From: Pseudomonas phage EL
DNA length: 64,000 nucleotides
Sequence record: AJ697969.1
Reading direction: 5' to 3' (one strand)
The first letter of the stretch is position 1. Every line of letters starts with the position of its first letter. Shown here in pieces: positions 9,677 to 20,066 of the stretch. The notes below the pieces were generated by a model, which was given only the letters and a program-made list of their open reading frames with translations, did not search any database and was not told the DNA's origin. A program made the translations under genes and the position numbers.

Positions 9677-10933
9677 ATGAGTATTCTCGATCGCTACACT
9701 GGCATGGAAGAGCTTCTGGAGAACGGCGCGGACAACCTCGAAGATGGTGTGACCGAAGCCGCTGTCGAAGAAGTTCGTGCTGACATCGCCGAGGTTGTGG
9801 CAGAGGTAGAACAGGTCGCGGCTGAAGTCGAAGAACTGCGTGATGACCTGGAAGAGCACGAAGAAGTCGTCGAAGAACTGGCTGAAGAAGTCGAAGGCCT
9901 GGAAAGCATGCTGAGCTCGGGTCAGTTCAGCTCCGTTGGTTTCGCTCACAGCTACAACAAGGCCCTGCGCCTGAACGCCAAGCTGGGCGGCCAATCCTTC
10001 GAACGCCTGGGTGCGGAATCCATCTCCGACGCTGCCACCGCCAAGATCGCTTCGGTGACTGGCGTTGAAGCCTTCATGGACACCGTGAAGAACGCCGGTA
10101 AGAAAGCCGCCGAGTTCATCAAGGCGATCTTCAACACCGTCATCAACTTCTTCGTGGGTCTGTTCAGCACCGCTGCCGGTATCGACCGTCGTCGCGCACA
10201 GCTCGCCGACAAACTCGGTAAAGCCGACAAGCTGAAAGAGAAAATCAAGCTGGGCAAATGGAACATCGGTGTCGACTACGCCAAGAACGGCGCGGACATC
10301 CTGGACAAAGGTCCGTTCACCAAAGTCCTGAGCGATTCCCTGCCGGCCTTCATCGACATCGGCAAGAACCTCGACGGCGTCAACGCCTCCCAGTTCAAGA
10401 CTGCGTACAACAGCCTGGTCGCTGACGTCAAAGCCGTTGTGAAAGAAACCGGCGGAAATGCCACTGAGAAAGGTTCCGGTGACAAGCGTCAAGTCCTGGC
10501 TGCACGTGCCGGCTTCGGCATCTATCTCACCTTCGAAGAGAAGGTCGATACCGATGAAGAAGTCCTGGCTGCCGCGCGTTCCATCAAGCTGTCCTTCGGC
10601 AAGAACAAGGACGCCTCCGAGTTCGCCAAAGGTGAAGCGGCTGTCAAGGCAACCAAAGCACAACTGGAAAGCCTGCTGAAAACTGTGAGCAGTACCGTAT
10701 CCGTTCTGAAAGACAGCAAGATCAGCCAGAAGTTCTCCAAGGCTGAACGTGACCGTGTCGTCGGCACCCTGAACGCCAAAGGTGGTGACAAGGACGCCAA
10801 GGCCGGCACCGACAAGGCGATCAAACTGGTGCGCGCGCTGTACAGCACCGGTGCGAGCCTGACCCAGTCGGTCAACCGTCTGCTGGCTTACCAAGCCAAG
10901 CAATCGCTGGATCTGGTTGCGGCTCACCTGTAA
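9677..10933 (+). CDS. acidic-propeptide virion protein, candidate head/inner-body-type protein, 418 aa
   Basis: Roughly 80-aa polyacidic N-terminus dense in A/V-x-E sites (AAVEE, AEVVAEVEQVAAEVEELRDD...), followed by an Ala/Lys-rich body. Codons are E. coli-optimal (CTG, CGT, AAC, GAC, GGC), unlike neighbouring genes, implying very high expression. Confidence 0.45.
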   Translation: MSILDRYTGMEELLENGADNLEDGVTEAAVEEVRADIAEVVAEVEQVAAEVEELRDDLEEHEEVVEELAEEVEGLESMLSSGQFSSVGFAHSYNKALRLNAKLGGQSFERLGAESISDAATAKIASVTGVEAFMDTVKNAGKKAAEFIKAIFNTVINFFVGLFSTAAGIDRRRAQLADKLGKADKLKEKIKLGKWNIGVDYAKNGADILDKGPFTKVLSDSLPAFIDIGKNLDGVNASQFKTAYNSLVADVKAVVKETGGNATEKGSGDKRQVLAARAGFGIYLTFEEKVDTDEEVLAAARSIKLSFGKNKDASEFAKGEAAVKATKAQLESLLKTVSSTVSVLKDSKISQKFSKAERDRVVGTLNAKGGDKDAKAGTDKAIKLVRALYSTGASLTQSVNRLLAYQAKQSLDLVAAHL

Positions 10934-10964
10934 GGTCGAGTGTTAGGATCTATTCCTAGAGGTA

Positions 10965-10996
10965 CTACAGGTAGGGGGATCTCCCCCTACCTGTAG
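10965..10996 (+). terminator. intrinsic terminator hairpin, CTACAGGTAGGGGGA/TCCCCCTACCTGTAG
   Basis: A 15-bp perfect stem followed by CCTTTATG. Shares the 15-mer CTACCTGTAGCCTTT with the hairpin at 51899. Confidence 0.6.
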
Positions 10997-11060
10997 CCTT
11001 TATGTCGCAATACTGTAATTTCGATGCTATGTACTCAACTTGACTATTAGGTTGTTAACG

Positions 11061-12107
11061 ATGAATACGCATCCTGTAGCGCCCCTCCGATACGTGAATT
11101 CACCGACGGTGTATGAAGAGTATGAGGAGGATAGGGAGGGTTATAATCTAGTCAACGACGAAACGACTATGGTTGCACTCTCCAGAGAGAACGACAAGAT
11201 CAGTGGATTAGAAAGTGTCTACAACTACGTTCTCCACCGACATCAGAATCGGTTGACTGCTTCGACCGGTACTGAGGGGTTTATTGATTCCGTTAAACAC
11301 GGTATCGGTAAACTCATTCAAGTGGTTAAGGATTTCTTTAAGTGGATTTGGAGTTTCTTTGGGACCAAAGGGAAAGCCCTGAAAGACAAAGGAGATGAAC
11401 TGGAGGTCGCTCTTAAAGCCAATGGTGTACGGGAGGATGACATTCCGTATCCCAAAGCCGCCTTTTATATCTTCCCTAAAACGACCAAGTTACCGTCGAA
11501 TGTGGCGTGGGTGGGTAGCGTCATCGGGGATATTGAGCGTGGGATTAAGACGATTGAACGGTACAGTGCAAGTGTGGGGAACTTCTGTAAGGAATTAGGT
11601 CGTCTGATTGACCATTCGAAATACGCAGAATTCACCACCAAACAGAAGGCCTTCTACCAAGAGGTTAAGGGTCTGTTAGGAGTGAACGCGAACCAGGAAG
11701 CCACCCTGGTGGTTAAAGATGACCTGGTCGTGGGTAAGAACACCGTGGAAGTGACGATTAACCTGACGCGGGGGCTGGGTGTCCTGTCGGCTGATCGAGT
11801 GAAGAACGCGACCTTTAAGACTAATGTTTCGCAGGTGCGCGAACTCCTGGTCAAGCACAATCGTCTAACAGAATCCCTCAAGGACATGAACACTAAAGTC
11901 CATTCGTTGGAGAATGACTTTGTAACGGCGCTAATGGCAAGTTTGGACGTTAAAGAGGCGTCTCCTGAAGCTCAGGCTGCCATTAAGGAGATGAAAGCCG
12001 TGATTCGTAAAGCCATGGCGAGTCTTAAAGTCATGGAGACGGAAGTGTATCGGAGTGCTAACGCTGTTTACGCGGTGTTGGAAGCCGCTGTGAAGAGAAG
12101 GAGCTAA
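11061..12107 (+). CDS. hypothetical protein, 348 aa
   Basis: First ATG after the terminator. The track start at 11040 is a TTG. Confidence 0.6.
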   Translation: MNTHPVAPLRYVNSPTVYEEYEEDREGYNLVNDETTMVALSRENDKISGLESVYNYVLHRHQNRLTASTGTEGFIDSVKHGIGKLIQVVKDFFKWIWSFFGTKGKALKDKGDELEVALKANGVREDDIPYPKAAFYIFPKTTKLPSNVAWVGSVIGDIERGIKTIERYSASVGNFCKELGRLIDHSKYAEFTTKQKAFYQEVKGLLGVNANQEATLVVKDDLVVGKNTVEVTINLTRGLGVLSADRVKNATFKTNVSQVRELLVKHNRLTESLKDMNTKVHSLENDFVTALMASLDVKEASPEAQAAIKEMKAVIRKAMASLKVMETEVYRSANAVYAVLEAAVKRRS

Positions 12108-12112
12108 AGGTC

Positions 12113-12598
12113 ATGCAGCTTAGCTTATTGAATCAATCTGTTGTGGTGAAAGCCGCGCTGGGTGATTACACGGACATTAACCCTCGGTTTGGGATTACCA
12201 CGAGGATTAACGATACTGTGTTCAAATACGCCCCTCATGGAGAACTGCGTCAGAGTGTTCTGATTGAGCGCTTGGATCTTGGAGAATTCCTGAAGGGGAT
12301 TCCCCAGGACATTAGCCAGGTGACGTATAAGGAGACCCCTGAGATCGTTGTGAGTCTTCTCCAGGAAAAGCTGGGGGTGTTCCCAGAGGAACAGGAACCA
12401 ATTGTTCAACCCAGCACCCCCCTCGTCCTCAAGGAGGATGATCCTCATACCACGTACTTTGAACTCTGGCGGAGTTTTGTAGGGTTACCCGGTCTCTACC
12501 GTCACGAAGTCGACTTGGGCCTGGTTAACGACACTCTCATAATTGACGCACGTTACTCGACGATTTACAAGGGTAATGTCACCGTTAAGGTTAAGTAA
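12113..12598 (+). CDS. hypothetical protein, 161 aa
   Basis: AAGGAG lies 9 nt upstream of the ATG. Confidence 0.65.
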   Translation: MQLSLLNQSVVVKAALGDYTDINPRFGITTRINDTVFKYAPHGELRQSVLIERLDLGEFLKGIPQDISQVTYKETPEIVVSLLQEKLGVFPEEQEPIVQPSTPLVLKEDDPHTTYFELWRSFVGLPGLYRHEVDLGLVNDTLIIDARYSTIYKGNVTVKVK

Positions 12599-12605
12599 GG
12601 GGACG

Positions 12606-14015
12606 ATGATGAACGCAGCCTATCGTTTAGGTTTGCTGGGGATGATCCTGGGGGAAGTGGGTAAGGACGTTCTCTCCGAGGAGAAGACCCCCGAATTGGT
12701 TAACTACCTGGAAAAACATGGGGTTAGTCAATTAACTGAAGAACACATCATGGGTCAGATTGTCAACACACTGAATATTATCAGTCGTGAGTTTGACTAT
12801 TACGACGCCAGTGAGTTGAAAGTGAATACTGTCCTGGACCGTTACCTGAAGGAAACCCTGAGCAGTATTGAGAATGGAATCTATCAATTCCCTCGGGATA
12901 TTTCCATGCTGATTTGTTCGTTGGGGAATAAGGGTGGGGCGTTTACGGAGACGGAAGGAGTAGGTGAACTGATCAGCACGGGTAAAGGGTTGGTCAATTA
13001 CCTGCTGGAACAGGATGAGGGTAGTTTGAGGAATACCCCAGCTGAGGTGTATTCTGCTACCGCTCGTAAACTGGAATACATTGACAAGATTCTGAGTTTG
13101 GTGGACATCTTTGTAACCTCTCGTCAGGGGCTGTTGGCGGGCTTGGAAGAATATGCGCCGATGGACTACACCTACCTCCATCCGATTGAGGTCAATCATT
13201 GGGGGGTTCCTGGGTTGGAGTGTGCGGGAGGTGATACCTGTGAATGCGGGTGTGTGCTCGACCACCCATTGCATGTTCTCCAGGGCTTGGAAGATTACCT
13301 GGATGGTATTCAAAGCACCGACCGTGATTATTTCCTGACCGTTGCTGAAATGAACGGGGTTAAACTCCGTTCCATTGAAGGGAGTGAGGGTCAAGTTTTC
13401 GACTCCATTAAAGCGGTTGCTCGGAATGCGTACCAAGCGGCTTTGAGTGGGTGGGAACAACTGAAAGCCTGGTACGAGTCGTCTGAGAAAGAGAAAGCTG
13501 ACAACGACGCGGTAGCAAAGACTGGGGAGGACAATAAGAAAGCAGTCCAAACCATGCCCACTAAGAATGTCACTATCAATGACAAGGCGCGTGAGGGGAT
13601 TAAGACCCTGGCGGAGAAGGTGGATGTCTCTGGGGCAATGTCTCAGGTTGTGAATCGGCTTCGGACACCCACGGACGTAGGGGGTGTGATCGATGGATTG
13701 TTGGGTCTTCTTAAGAAAGAAGAAGTCAACGGTGAGAAACTCCGGGCTGATAAGAAAGCGGTTGATACCACCCTGGCTGAATTGAGAAAAGCCTCACAGC
13801 AGACCAGTGGGAATGATGAAGACAAAGAAGCAGTTAGTGCGGCTAAGGCAGCGGTGCAGGAAACGGTTAAAGCTGCTAAAGAAGCCGTCGCGGAGGCCAA
13901 GAAGAAGATTGGTGAACACGATAAGTTGGTTAAAGGTCTTCGTAAAGCCATTAAAGGTATTACACCCCACATCTTTATTAAAGAGGGTGGGAACACTGGG
14001 GGGACGAACACATGA
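12606..14015 (+). CDS. hypothetical protein with a Lys/Ala-rich C-terminal coiled coil, 469 aa
   Basis: ATGATG at 12606 preceded by AAGGGGA. The C-terminal about 120 aa are K/A/E-rich, in a scaffold- or tape-measure-like low-complexity helix. Confidence 0.6.
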   Translation: MMNAAYRLGLLGMILGEVGKDVLSEEKTPELVNYLEKHGVSQLTEEHIMGQIVNTLNIISREFDYYDASELKVNTVLDRYLKETLSSIENGIYQFPRDISMLICSLGNKGGAFTETEGVGELISTGKGLVNYLLEQDEGSLRNTPAEVYSATARKLEYIDKILSLVDIFVTSRQGLLAGLEEYAPMDYTYLHPIEVNHWGVPGLECAGGDTCECGCVLDHPLHVLQGLEDYLDGIQSTDRDYFLTVAEMNGVKLRSIEGSEGQVFDSIKAVARNAYQAALSGWEQLKAWYESSEKEKADNDAVAKTGEDNKKAVQTMPTKNVTINDKAREGIKTLAEKVDVSGAMSQVVNRLRTPTDVGGVIDGLLGLLKKEEVNGEKLRADKKAVDTTLAELRKASQQTSGNDEDKEAVSAAKAAVQETVKAAKEAVAEAKKKIGEHDKLVKGLRKAIKGITPHIFIKEGGNTGGTNT

Positions 14016-14767
14016 AGACACTTCATCCACGTGTCTTGGAACAGATTCAAGCACAATTGCCCAAAGACAGCGTTATCCTGGGTACTCAGCCTGGTGATGA
14101 AGACGTCGGGTATGTGGTGGTTCAGTTGAATAACGACGAAACCATGCTCCCTATCCCGAAGAAGGATATTGGAGATTACATGGGGGTCAGTATTCCTGAA
14201 CTCCCGGTGGGTGACCAGGAGCCGTTGGCTCAGGTGTTTAAACGGCTCAGTAATGCGTTTAAACTCTTCCTCGTGGAAGGGGTGGACTATACGGTTCCAG
14301 AAGGGAAGGTAGACCTGCCCAAGAACGCACCCTCTCCTTTCCAGATAGTCACCCTGGAGATCGCTCCGACCAGTATCCTGTGGAAAGGACGCCTGGTCCT
14401 TAAACTGCTCAATAAAGCCCGCTTAGGACCTTCAGGGGTTCTTAAAGCCACCGACTTGGATACCCCTCGTCTCCAGATGGCGTTAAGTTCTAAAATCTTC
14501 CAGGGGAATGGGAACCTCTTTACGGAGAACCGGTCTCGGTTGTCTGACACCTTCTGTCAGCAGGTGGTTGATTACCTGAACATCGTTAAGATCCAGTCGG
14601 TTACGGTGGATCGGCTGAAAGGGGGAGAACTGATCGATAACGTATCGGATTGTTTCTCAGGCTTGGTGATCATTAAGCTTGAGGAGGGTCCTCATCTGTT
14701 TATTCGGTACCGTTCCGAAGGGGAAGAAGATCCTCAACCATCGCCCGGTGACGTAGACCCGGAATAA
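14012..14767 (+). CDS. hypothetical protein, 251 aa
   Basis: ATGA overlap with the upstream gene. Confidence 0.65.
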   Translation: MKTLHPRVLEQIQAQLPKDSVILGTQPGDEDVGYVVVQLNNDETMLPIPKKDIGDYMGVSIPELPVGDQEPLAQVFKRLSNAFKLFLVEGVDYTVPEGKVDLPKNAPSPFQIVTLEIAPTSILWKGRLVLKLLNKARLGPSGVLKATDLDTPRLQMALSSKIFQGNGNLFTENRSRLSDTFCQQVVDYLNIVKIQSVTVDRLKGGELIDNVSDCFSGLVIIKLEEGPHLFIRYRSEGEEDPQPSPGDVDPE

Positions 14768-14783
14768 CCAACGTCTGGTACTG

Positions 14784-14815
14784 GGGAGGGAGAAGGGGGG
14801 AACCCCTCTCCCTCC
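14784..14815 (+). terminator. GC-rich hairpin, GGGGAGGGAGAAGGGG/CCCCTCTCCCTCC
   Basis: Imperfect 13-bp stem directly after the stop at 14767, with no strong T-run. Confidence 0.4.
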
Positions 14816-14841
14816 TAGACCACATCGTGCAGGCAGTGAAT

Positions 14842-16335
14842 ATGCTTAAAACTTTTGTTGAATGCGAAGAAAACTACGACGCTTATTTGCGTCCTGCGAT
14901 TTATGATTCCATTAAGGCTGTATTGAACTTCTACGGGCTAGACTCCGCCACCGCCATTTACTACAACGGTGAGAATGAGATTGCGAAGACCGTAGGGAGC
15001 AATATGAGTGACGGTCCTCATGCAGATCGGTACACGGATGGAATTTTCAGGAACAAGATCTTTATTGTTCCTGAGGTGAACCGTAGTGAAGCTTGGACGA
15101 ACCGTCGTCAGATGGTGGAGCGTCCCGTACTGTACAACAAGGAACTGGGTATCCTGTTGTGCCCTACGTTTGAGAACAAACGGATTGATGTCAAAGTCGT
15201 CTCGATGTTCAACTCAGAGAACACCGCCCGGCAAATGAAAGACCGTATGAATCGGCTCAAGGAGAACCAAGTCGTTGACTTCACCTTCTCCCCAACGACC
15301 CATATGGTCATTAATCCTCCTATTCTGGAATTCCTAGAGGTGATTTACGACCTCTTGAAGAAGAACAACCCGTCGGTACCCGACCCGTCTGAATGGTTGG
15401 GTAAGATGTGGCAATTTCCGGTGCGTGTGATCAGTAACGTAGCGGGTAACCACAAACGGGTAGTTATCCCGCTTAAACAGAACCGGGTCGGCATTCAGTT
15501 CTCCGAACCCTTTGTAGCGAAGACGAATAAGAGCGCGACTTATGGTCGGTGGGAAGTGGAGTTTACGTACAGCTTCTTCTTCAATGATTTCATTGGGTGG
15601 GAGTTTGAGTATCCCCTGAACATTTATCAGGATGAAATACCCAGTCAGTATATTCCGAGGGTCCAACCTCAACATGAATTACCGGAGTTCATTAAAGCCG
15701 CTCCTGAAGTAGAAGCCGGACGGGAGATTATGTTCCCGGAAGGGTTCAGACACACCCCCTTCTATTTGAAGCTGCCTAAGCATGACCCTTGGGCGTGGCC
15801 TAACTTCGATTGGATGCAACCGGTGATCCAAGCACGACTCAAAGTCGAGGATGAACCCACTCAGGTACTTTGTAACCTATTTGATATTCCTGACTTTGTT
15901 TGGTACGACAATGCTAAGGCGTATTTACTTCGTCGTCATGCGATTGCCTTCCAGCATTTTGAAACCCCTTTTCTGATTCAAGTCTTTGAAAATGACCAGT
16001 TAATTGCCCCTGAACACCTGACCCTGGATGAGAAGGGGTCTATAACGCTTCACAGCAGGCCTGTTTTAAACAAAACATATCGAGTAGTGGTAACCCTCGA
16101 CTATGCGATAAGAGACTATTCTGACGCATTCTGGAGCGATTTAATCGATCATCCTGAAGACTGGGGTATTTTGCCTCAAATCTTTGATTGGTTCGATTTC
16201 AGTGAAGTGCCTGAACCGTGGTACTTACACATCAACTACCTCCGGAAACACATCCATAAGGGATGGGGTCGTTGGACCGAGCGCTTTAACCGATATGAGA
16301 TGGGCTTTGGTTTGTGGGCCTACCGGAACGATTAA
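14842..16335 (+). CDS. hypothetical protein, 497 aa
   Basis: ATG at 14842. A GTG start at 14827 is the alternative. Confidence 0.6.
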   Translation: MLKTFVECEENYDAYLRPAIYDSIKAVLNFYGLDSATAIYYNGENEIAKTVGSNMSDGPHADRYTDGIFRNKIFIVPEVNRSEAWTNRRQMVERPVLYNKELGILLCPTFENKRIDVKVVSMFNSENTARQMKDRMNRLKENQVVDFTFSPTTHMVINPPILEFLEVIYDLLKKNNPSVPDPSEWLGKMWQFPVRVISNVAGNHKRVVIPLKQNRVGIQFSEPFVAKTNKSATYGRWEVEFTYSFFFNDFIGWEFEYPLNIYQDEIPSQYIPRVQPQHELPEFIKAAPEVEAGREIMFPEGFRHTPFYLKLPKHDPWAWPNFDWMQPVIQARLKVEDEPTQVLCNLFDIPDFVWYDNAKAYLLRRHAIAFQHFETPFLIQVFENDQLIAPEHLTLDEKGSITLHSRPVLNKTYRVVVTLDYAIRDYSDAFWSDLIDHPEDWGILPQIFDWFDFSEVPEPWYLHINYLRKHIHKGWGRWTERFNRYEMGFGLWAYRND

Positions 16336-16350
16336 GAAGGAAATGAAACC

Positions 16351-17646
16351 ATGTCTCTGGATATTAACCCTATCGGAAGGGATATTCCGATTGAACCTGA
16401 AACGCCCCGGATCTACAGTGAGACGTATCGACATTCCATTGTGGATTCCGTTTGGCAACCCGAACAGAGCCTGCTCTCTGAAGTTGAAGGTCGTCCTCGT
16501 CTCTGTCAGTACTTCCGTCAATTCCTGAATCCAGGTGAAGAACCTAAACCCTTCTACCCTGGAAACACCGATACGTATCAGAGTTACGTGCGTATTGACC
16601 GGTTACCCCTCAAGATCGATGGGGATGAGACGTTTAACTTTGATCCTCAGACCGGTGAATCCACCAAGATCTTTAACTTCTGGTTTACCACCGATGCCAA
16701 CCCTATTCGTCATGATGTGTTTATTGTGGATATTGGGGATGGTCGAGCAGGGCTCTTTGCGTGTACGGAACAACCGGAAATTCGTAATTTTACCGCAAAT
16801 AAGGTGTACTTCGTTACCGCGGTATTGAGGGGTATCCTCGACCAGGAGACGGATGCCATTCTCCAAGGACGGGTGGTCCAACACCGGGTGTATTCCAAAG
16901 ATTCTGTACTCCATGGAGGGGCTTCCCTGATTACTAAAGGGGAAGAGGAGGTTGGACAGAAACTCTTCCAGTGGAATCAAACCATCGCCAGTCATATCCT
17001 GAAACGGTTCTACTGGAACCCTGAACGCACCATCGTGTTCGATAAGAAGGGGACCAATGAGAAGGATAAGGTGTATGACCCTTATCTGGTGAACTTCCTG
17101 TCTGCGTTCATTACCCCGGACATGCGACAGAACTACCCACCCATTAACCAGTTCTCGGTTCAGTACGGGGGATTGGAGTACAGCCGGTGGGGAACGAACA
17201 ACATTTGGGAAGTGTTATTGAGGGGGGATTTGAATCTCTTGAAGGTGTGCGACAACAAAGCCGCCTTGGTGGAAGTGACCCGGTTAATGAACAGCCGGCT
17301 GTACGGTAACCTGGCGTCGAGTAAGATCCGGTGGTTCGTGACCACCAACCCTAAGGACTTCATTGCGTATCGGGTTCATTTCAATATGGATGGGTATCCC
17401 ATTGTTATTCCCGGGAAACAAGAGGACATTACGTACCTCTTTAGTCAAGGCTTTTACCAAGGGAAACCCGAAGGCGCCTTTGAGAACCTCCTGTACCGAA
17501 CCCTCACCACGAAAATCACGGATCATAAAGAACTCTTAGCCTATTGCGAAGGGTACTTTGATAAGGAACCGGTGGAACAACTGTACGAAGGGGCTATTCT
17601 GCTGATGCTGCTGAAGTACGCGCGTAAATTTGGAGGTCCGCTATGA
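16351..17646 (+). CDS. hypothetical protein, 431 aa
   Basis: A strong AAGAAGGAAATG-type RBS precedes the ATG. Confidence 0.7.
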   Translation: MSLDINPIGRDIPIEPETPRIYSETYRHSIVDSVWQPEQSLLSEVEGRPRLCQYFRQFLNPGEEPKPFYPGNTDTYQSYVRIDRLPLKIDGDETFNFDPQTGESTKIFNFWFTTDANPIRHDVFIVDIGDGRAGLFACTEQPEIRNFTANKVYFVTAVLRGILDQETDAILQGRVVQHRVYSKDSVLHGGASLITKGEEEVGQKLFQWNQTIASHILKRFYWNPERTIVFDKKGTNEKDKVYDPYLVNFLSAFITPDMRQNYPPINQFSVQYGGLEYSRWGTNNIWEVLLRGDLNLLKVCDNKAALVEVTRLMNSRLYGNLASSKIRWFVTTNPKDFIAYRVHFNMDGYPIVIPGKQEDITYLFSQGFYQGKPEGAFENLLYRTLTTKITDHKELLAYCEGYFDKEPVEQLYEGAILLMLLKYARKFGGPL

Positions 17647-18377
17647 GCATGCCCTTAAGTCGGTATAACACCATACGCACCCGACTAATCGAACTCTACA
17701 ACATTCTGAATAACCGGTCCTTCGATGTGTGGGTAACGCCCGCAATGCTCATGAGTTTGGAAGAACTCCGGGATCGGGAAGAATACTCCCAGGAGGGGTT
17801 CGTTGGAGATCCGAATTACTACAACGAATACCAAGTTCGACGGATGAGTGTTCCCAGGATCATTGATATCCTACCTAACTTGTCCAGTGAGAAGGATTTG
17901 GGATTCAGGGAACCTCAGATTGTGATTCCGTTGATCTACGAATCCATTCAGGAGTACATTTGCCTCTGGTGTGAACTCTTTAAGAAAGCACCGGAGTTTC
18001 CAACACCCTCCATTGATGAACTCCGTAAGCTGGAACTCCTGGCGTATACCCTCTTTAATTTCTACAAACGGATTAAACCGTACCTGGATAAGAAGAAACT
18101 ACGGGAACTGGGGGGTGATGTTCAAGAGACCGATAAACGGAACCTAATGCAGTTGTCAGCGCTGTTTAGTATCAACGCCATGGGAACCCCCAAAGCTGAG
18201 ATCAGTTTCGTCAGTCATTTGGATGAACTCTTCGGGGACGATACGTTGAACCCGGGTCTCTCACTCAGTGAACAGCCGTATATCACGAACAAAGCTGTAG
18301 CGGATAGTTTAGCCACGCATGATACACCTGAGGATCTCGGTCCTTGGTTGTTCAATAAACCGACAGGATTACTGTGA
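17643..18377 (+). CDS. hypothetical protein, 244 aa
   Basis: ATGA overlap with the upstream gene. Confidence 0.65.
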   Translation: MSMPLSRYNTIRTRLIELYNILNNRSFDVWVTPAMLMSLEELRDREEYSQEGFVGDPNYYNEYQVRRMSVPRIIDILPNLSSEKDLGFREPQIVIPLIYESIQEYICLWCELFKKAPEFPTPSIDELRKLELLAYTLFNFYKRIKPYLDKKKLRELGGDVQETDKRNLMQLSALFSINAMGTPKAEISFVSHLDELFGDDTLNPGLSLSEQPYITNKAVADSLATHDTPEDLGPWLFNKPTGLL

Positions 18378-18379
18378 GT

Positions 18380-19717
18380 ATGGAATTACCACGTCCATTA
18401 GCTAACTTAATCGCCTTAGCAAACTCGGTGAATACGCAACGGTCGGATAAGAAGATCCGACTGTTTGCAACGATCATTACTCCGGTGGAACAGATTGAAC
18501 TGATTATCCCCACGGGGATGGCTCGGTTGTCGATGTATTCAGCGAACTGTTCCGATGACTGGCGTATTCAGGGCAACTTGCAACCCGGGGTTTACCTGAA
18601 CCGAATCCTGCCCTATAAGGACAATCTCTTTATTGAAGTGGTCGAACGTCAAGGCCTTCATCAAACCATGAGTCGGTTCCGGTGTATCCCCTTGAGTGAC
18701 TCGAACCCTGAGATGGCCGGTAACAGTGTCCATTTGGCTCACCTGGAAGGTAAGGACAGTATTAACCTGATAACGGTTAAGTTCCAGATGATTGAACTGG
18801 GGTACGCTTTGCTGAAGAATGAGATGGTGTCTGACAAGCACTTAATGACCACCTTGGACGATGCACTCCACTACCAACTCACCAAATACGGTAAGCAACT
18901 TCAGTTGACGGGTAAGGATGCCTTTAGAGGGGTGGACATTGAGCGTCCTATCGATAACCCTCGGGTCTTTAAGTTGATTGATATACCGTCTGCGGTGCCT
19001 TTACCCCAGTTAGGGATGTGGATGCAGACCCATGAGGAGTTTGGGATCTATACCAAAGGCTTTGGGATGTATTACCAGAAAGGCCTTTGGATGATTTACC
19101 CGCTCTTCAAGATCGGTCGGTATGAGAACGGTAAACGGGTACTGAGTATTTATCGACTACCGCCTGATGCAGTCCCTACCCTCCACGCCACGTACTTTAC
19201 CCAGGACCGGGTTACAACGATTCTGGCAACCGGTACAGGCCGTCATGTAGATGGAGCAGACATTGATCGTCAGAATGAGGGTACGGGTAAACGGTTGATC
19301 AGTTCGGATGCGGTCATGGGTGAAGTGGGTAACTACTACGCTAAGGGTCAGTCAGCATCAACCCGTCCTGATTCCCTCTCCGAATACCAAACCGCTAAGC
19401 GGAGCAGTGGGGAGGAGATTATACCCTTTGAACCGACCCCTACCAATAACCTCTGTAAGCACTTATCTGTGAACGCTTACAACGATGGGTCGTTGGAAAC
19501 GATTCAGTGGAATAATTCGAACAGGGACTTACTAGAACCAGGTATGCCTGTACGGTTCTTCTTTATGAGTGGAGATGATCGCTTGAAGTACAAGGAGGGT
19601 ACTCTGATTGGTGCTCGTACTGAACTCATGAAGGATACGGAAAGTCCAGATATTATCTTTAGGGAACATTCTGCTTTAACCCTCTTCTTGAATGATAAGG
19701 TGTTTGATGCTCCTTAG
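18380..19717 (+). CDS. hypothetical protein, 445 aa; last gene of the block
   Basis: ATG at 18380. A GTG at 18374 overlapping the upstream TGA is the alternative start. Confidence 0.65.
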   Translation: MELPRPLANLIALANSVNTQRSDKKIRLFATIITPVEQIELIIPTGMARLSMYSANCSDDWRIQGNLQPGVYLNRILPYKDNLFIEVVERQGLHQTMSRFRCIPLSDSNPEMAGNSVHLAHLEGKDSINLITVKFQMIELGYALLKNEMVSDKHLMTTLDDALHYQLTKYGKQLQLTGKDAFRGVDIERPIDNPRVFKLIDIPSAVPLPQLGMWMQTHEEFGIYTKGFGMYYQKGLWMIYPLFKIGRYENGKRVLSIYRLPPDAVPTLHATYFTQDRVTTILATGTGRHVDGADIDRQNEGTGKRLISSDAVMGEVGNYYAKGQSASTRPDSLSEYQTAKRSSGEEIIPFEPTPTNNLCKHLSVNAYNDGSLETIQWNNSNRDLLEPGMPVRFFFMSGDDRLKYKEGTLIGARTELMKDTESPDIIFREHSALTLFLNDKVFDAP

Positions 19718-20066
19718 GTAATTTATCACTTAATGTATTTATTGTATTGTAAACTGGCTGACAAGCGGGTGGGGAAAGGGGTTTATTTCCTAATAAAGAG
19801 TGGAGTAGTTACGGAGTAACTACGACTTCCTTGTTCTATCTTTTGATCTTTCTCTATTCTCTTTAGATCTTTCTTTTGATTTATACGGAATACAGAGAGG
19901 GAAGAGAGGGAATACCCCTTATACCCCCGAAAAAAAGGGGGGATGAGGAATAAGGAGAGAGAACCGTAGGTTAATCAGTATTCCAACACGTTCTGATTAA
20001 TACATTCAGCAAGCAGAGCTGAGAAGATTGCTCTGCCATTACCGATTCACTACCGGAGTAACTACC
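19718..20066. promoter_or_regulatory. repeat-rich noncoding region between the structural block and the small-gene module
   Basis: No ORF with start signals. Contains a 60-nt polypyrimidine tract followed by the purine mirror AGAGAGGGAAGAGAGGGA, hairpins GTAGTTAC-GGA-GTAACTAC and CCCCCG-A7-GGGGGG, a TTAATCAG-N15-CTGATTAA inverted repeat, and a 12-nt direct repeat CGGAGTAACTAC at 19812 and 20054. Confidence 0.4.

Noticed and set aside
9653-10927. 424-aa minus-strand ORF antisense to the acidic-propeptide gene
   Set aside because: Same codon-bias artefact. The sense gene has RBS and expression signals.
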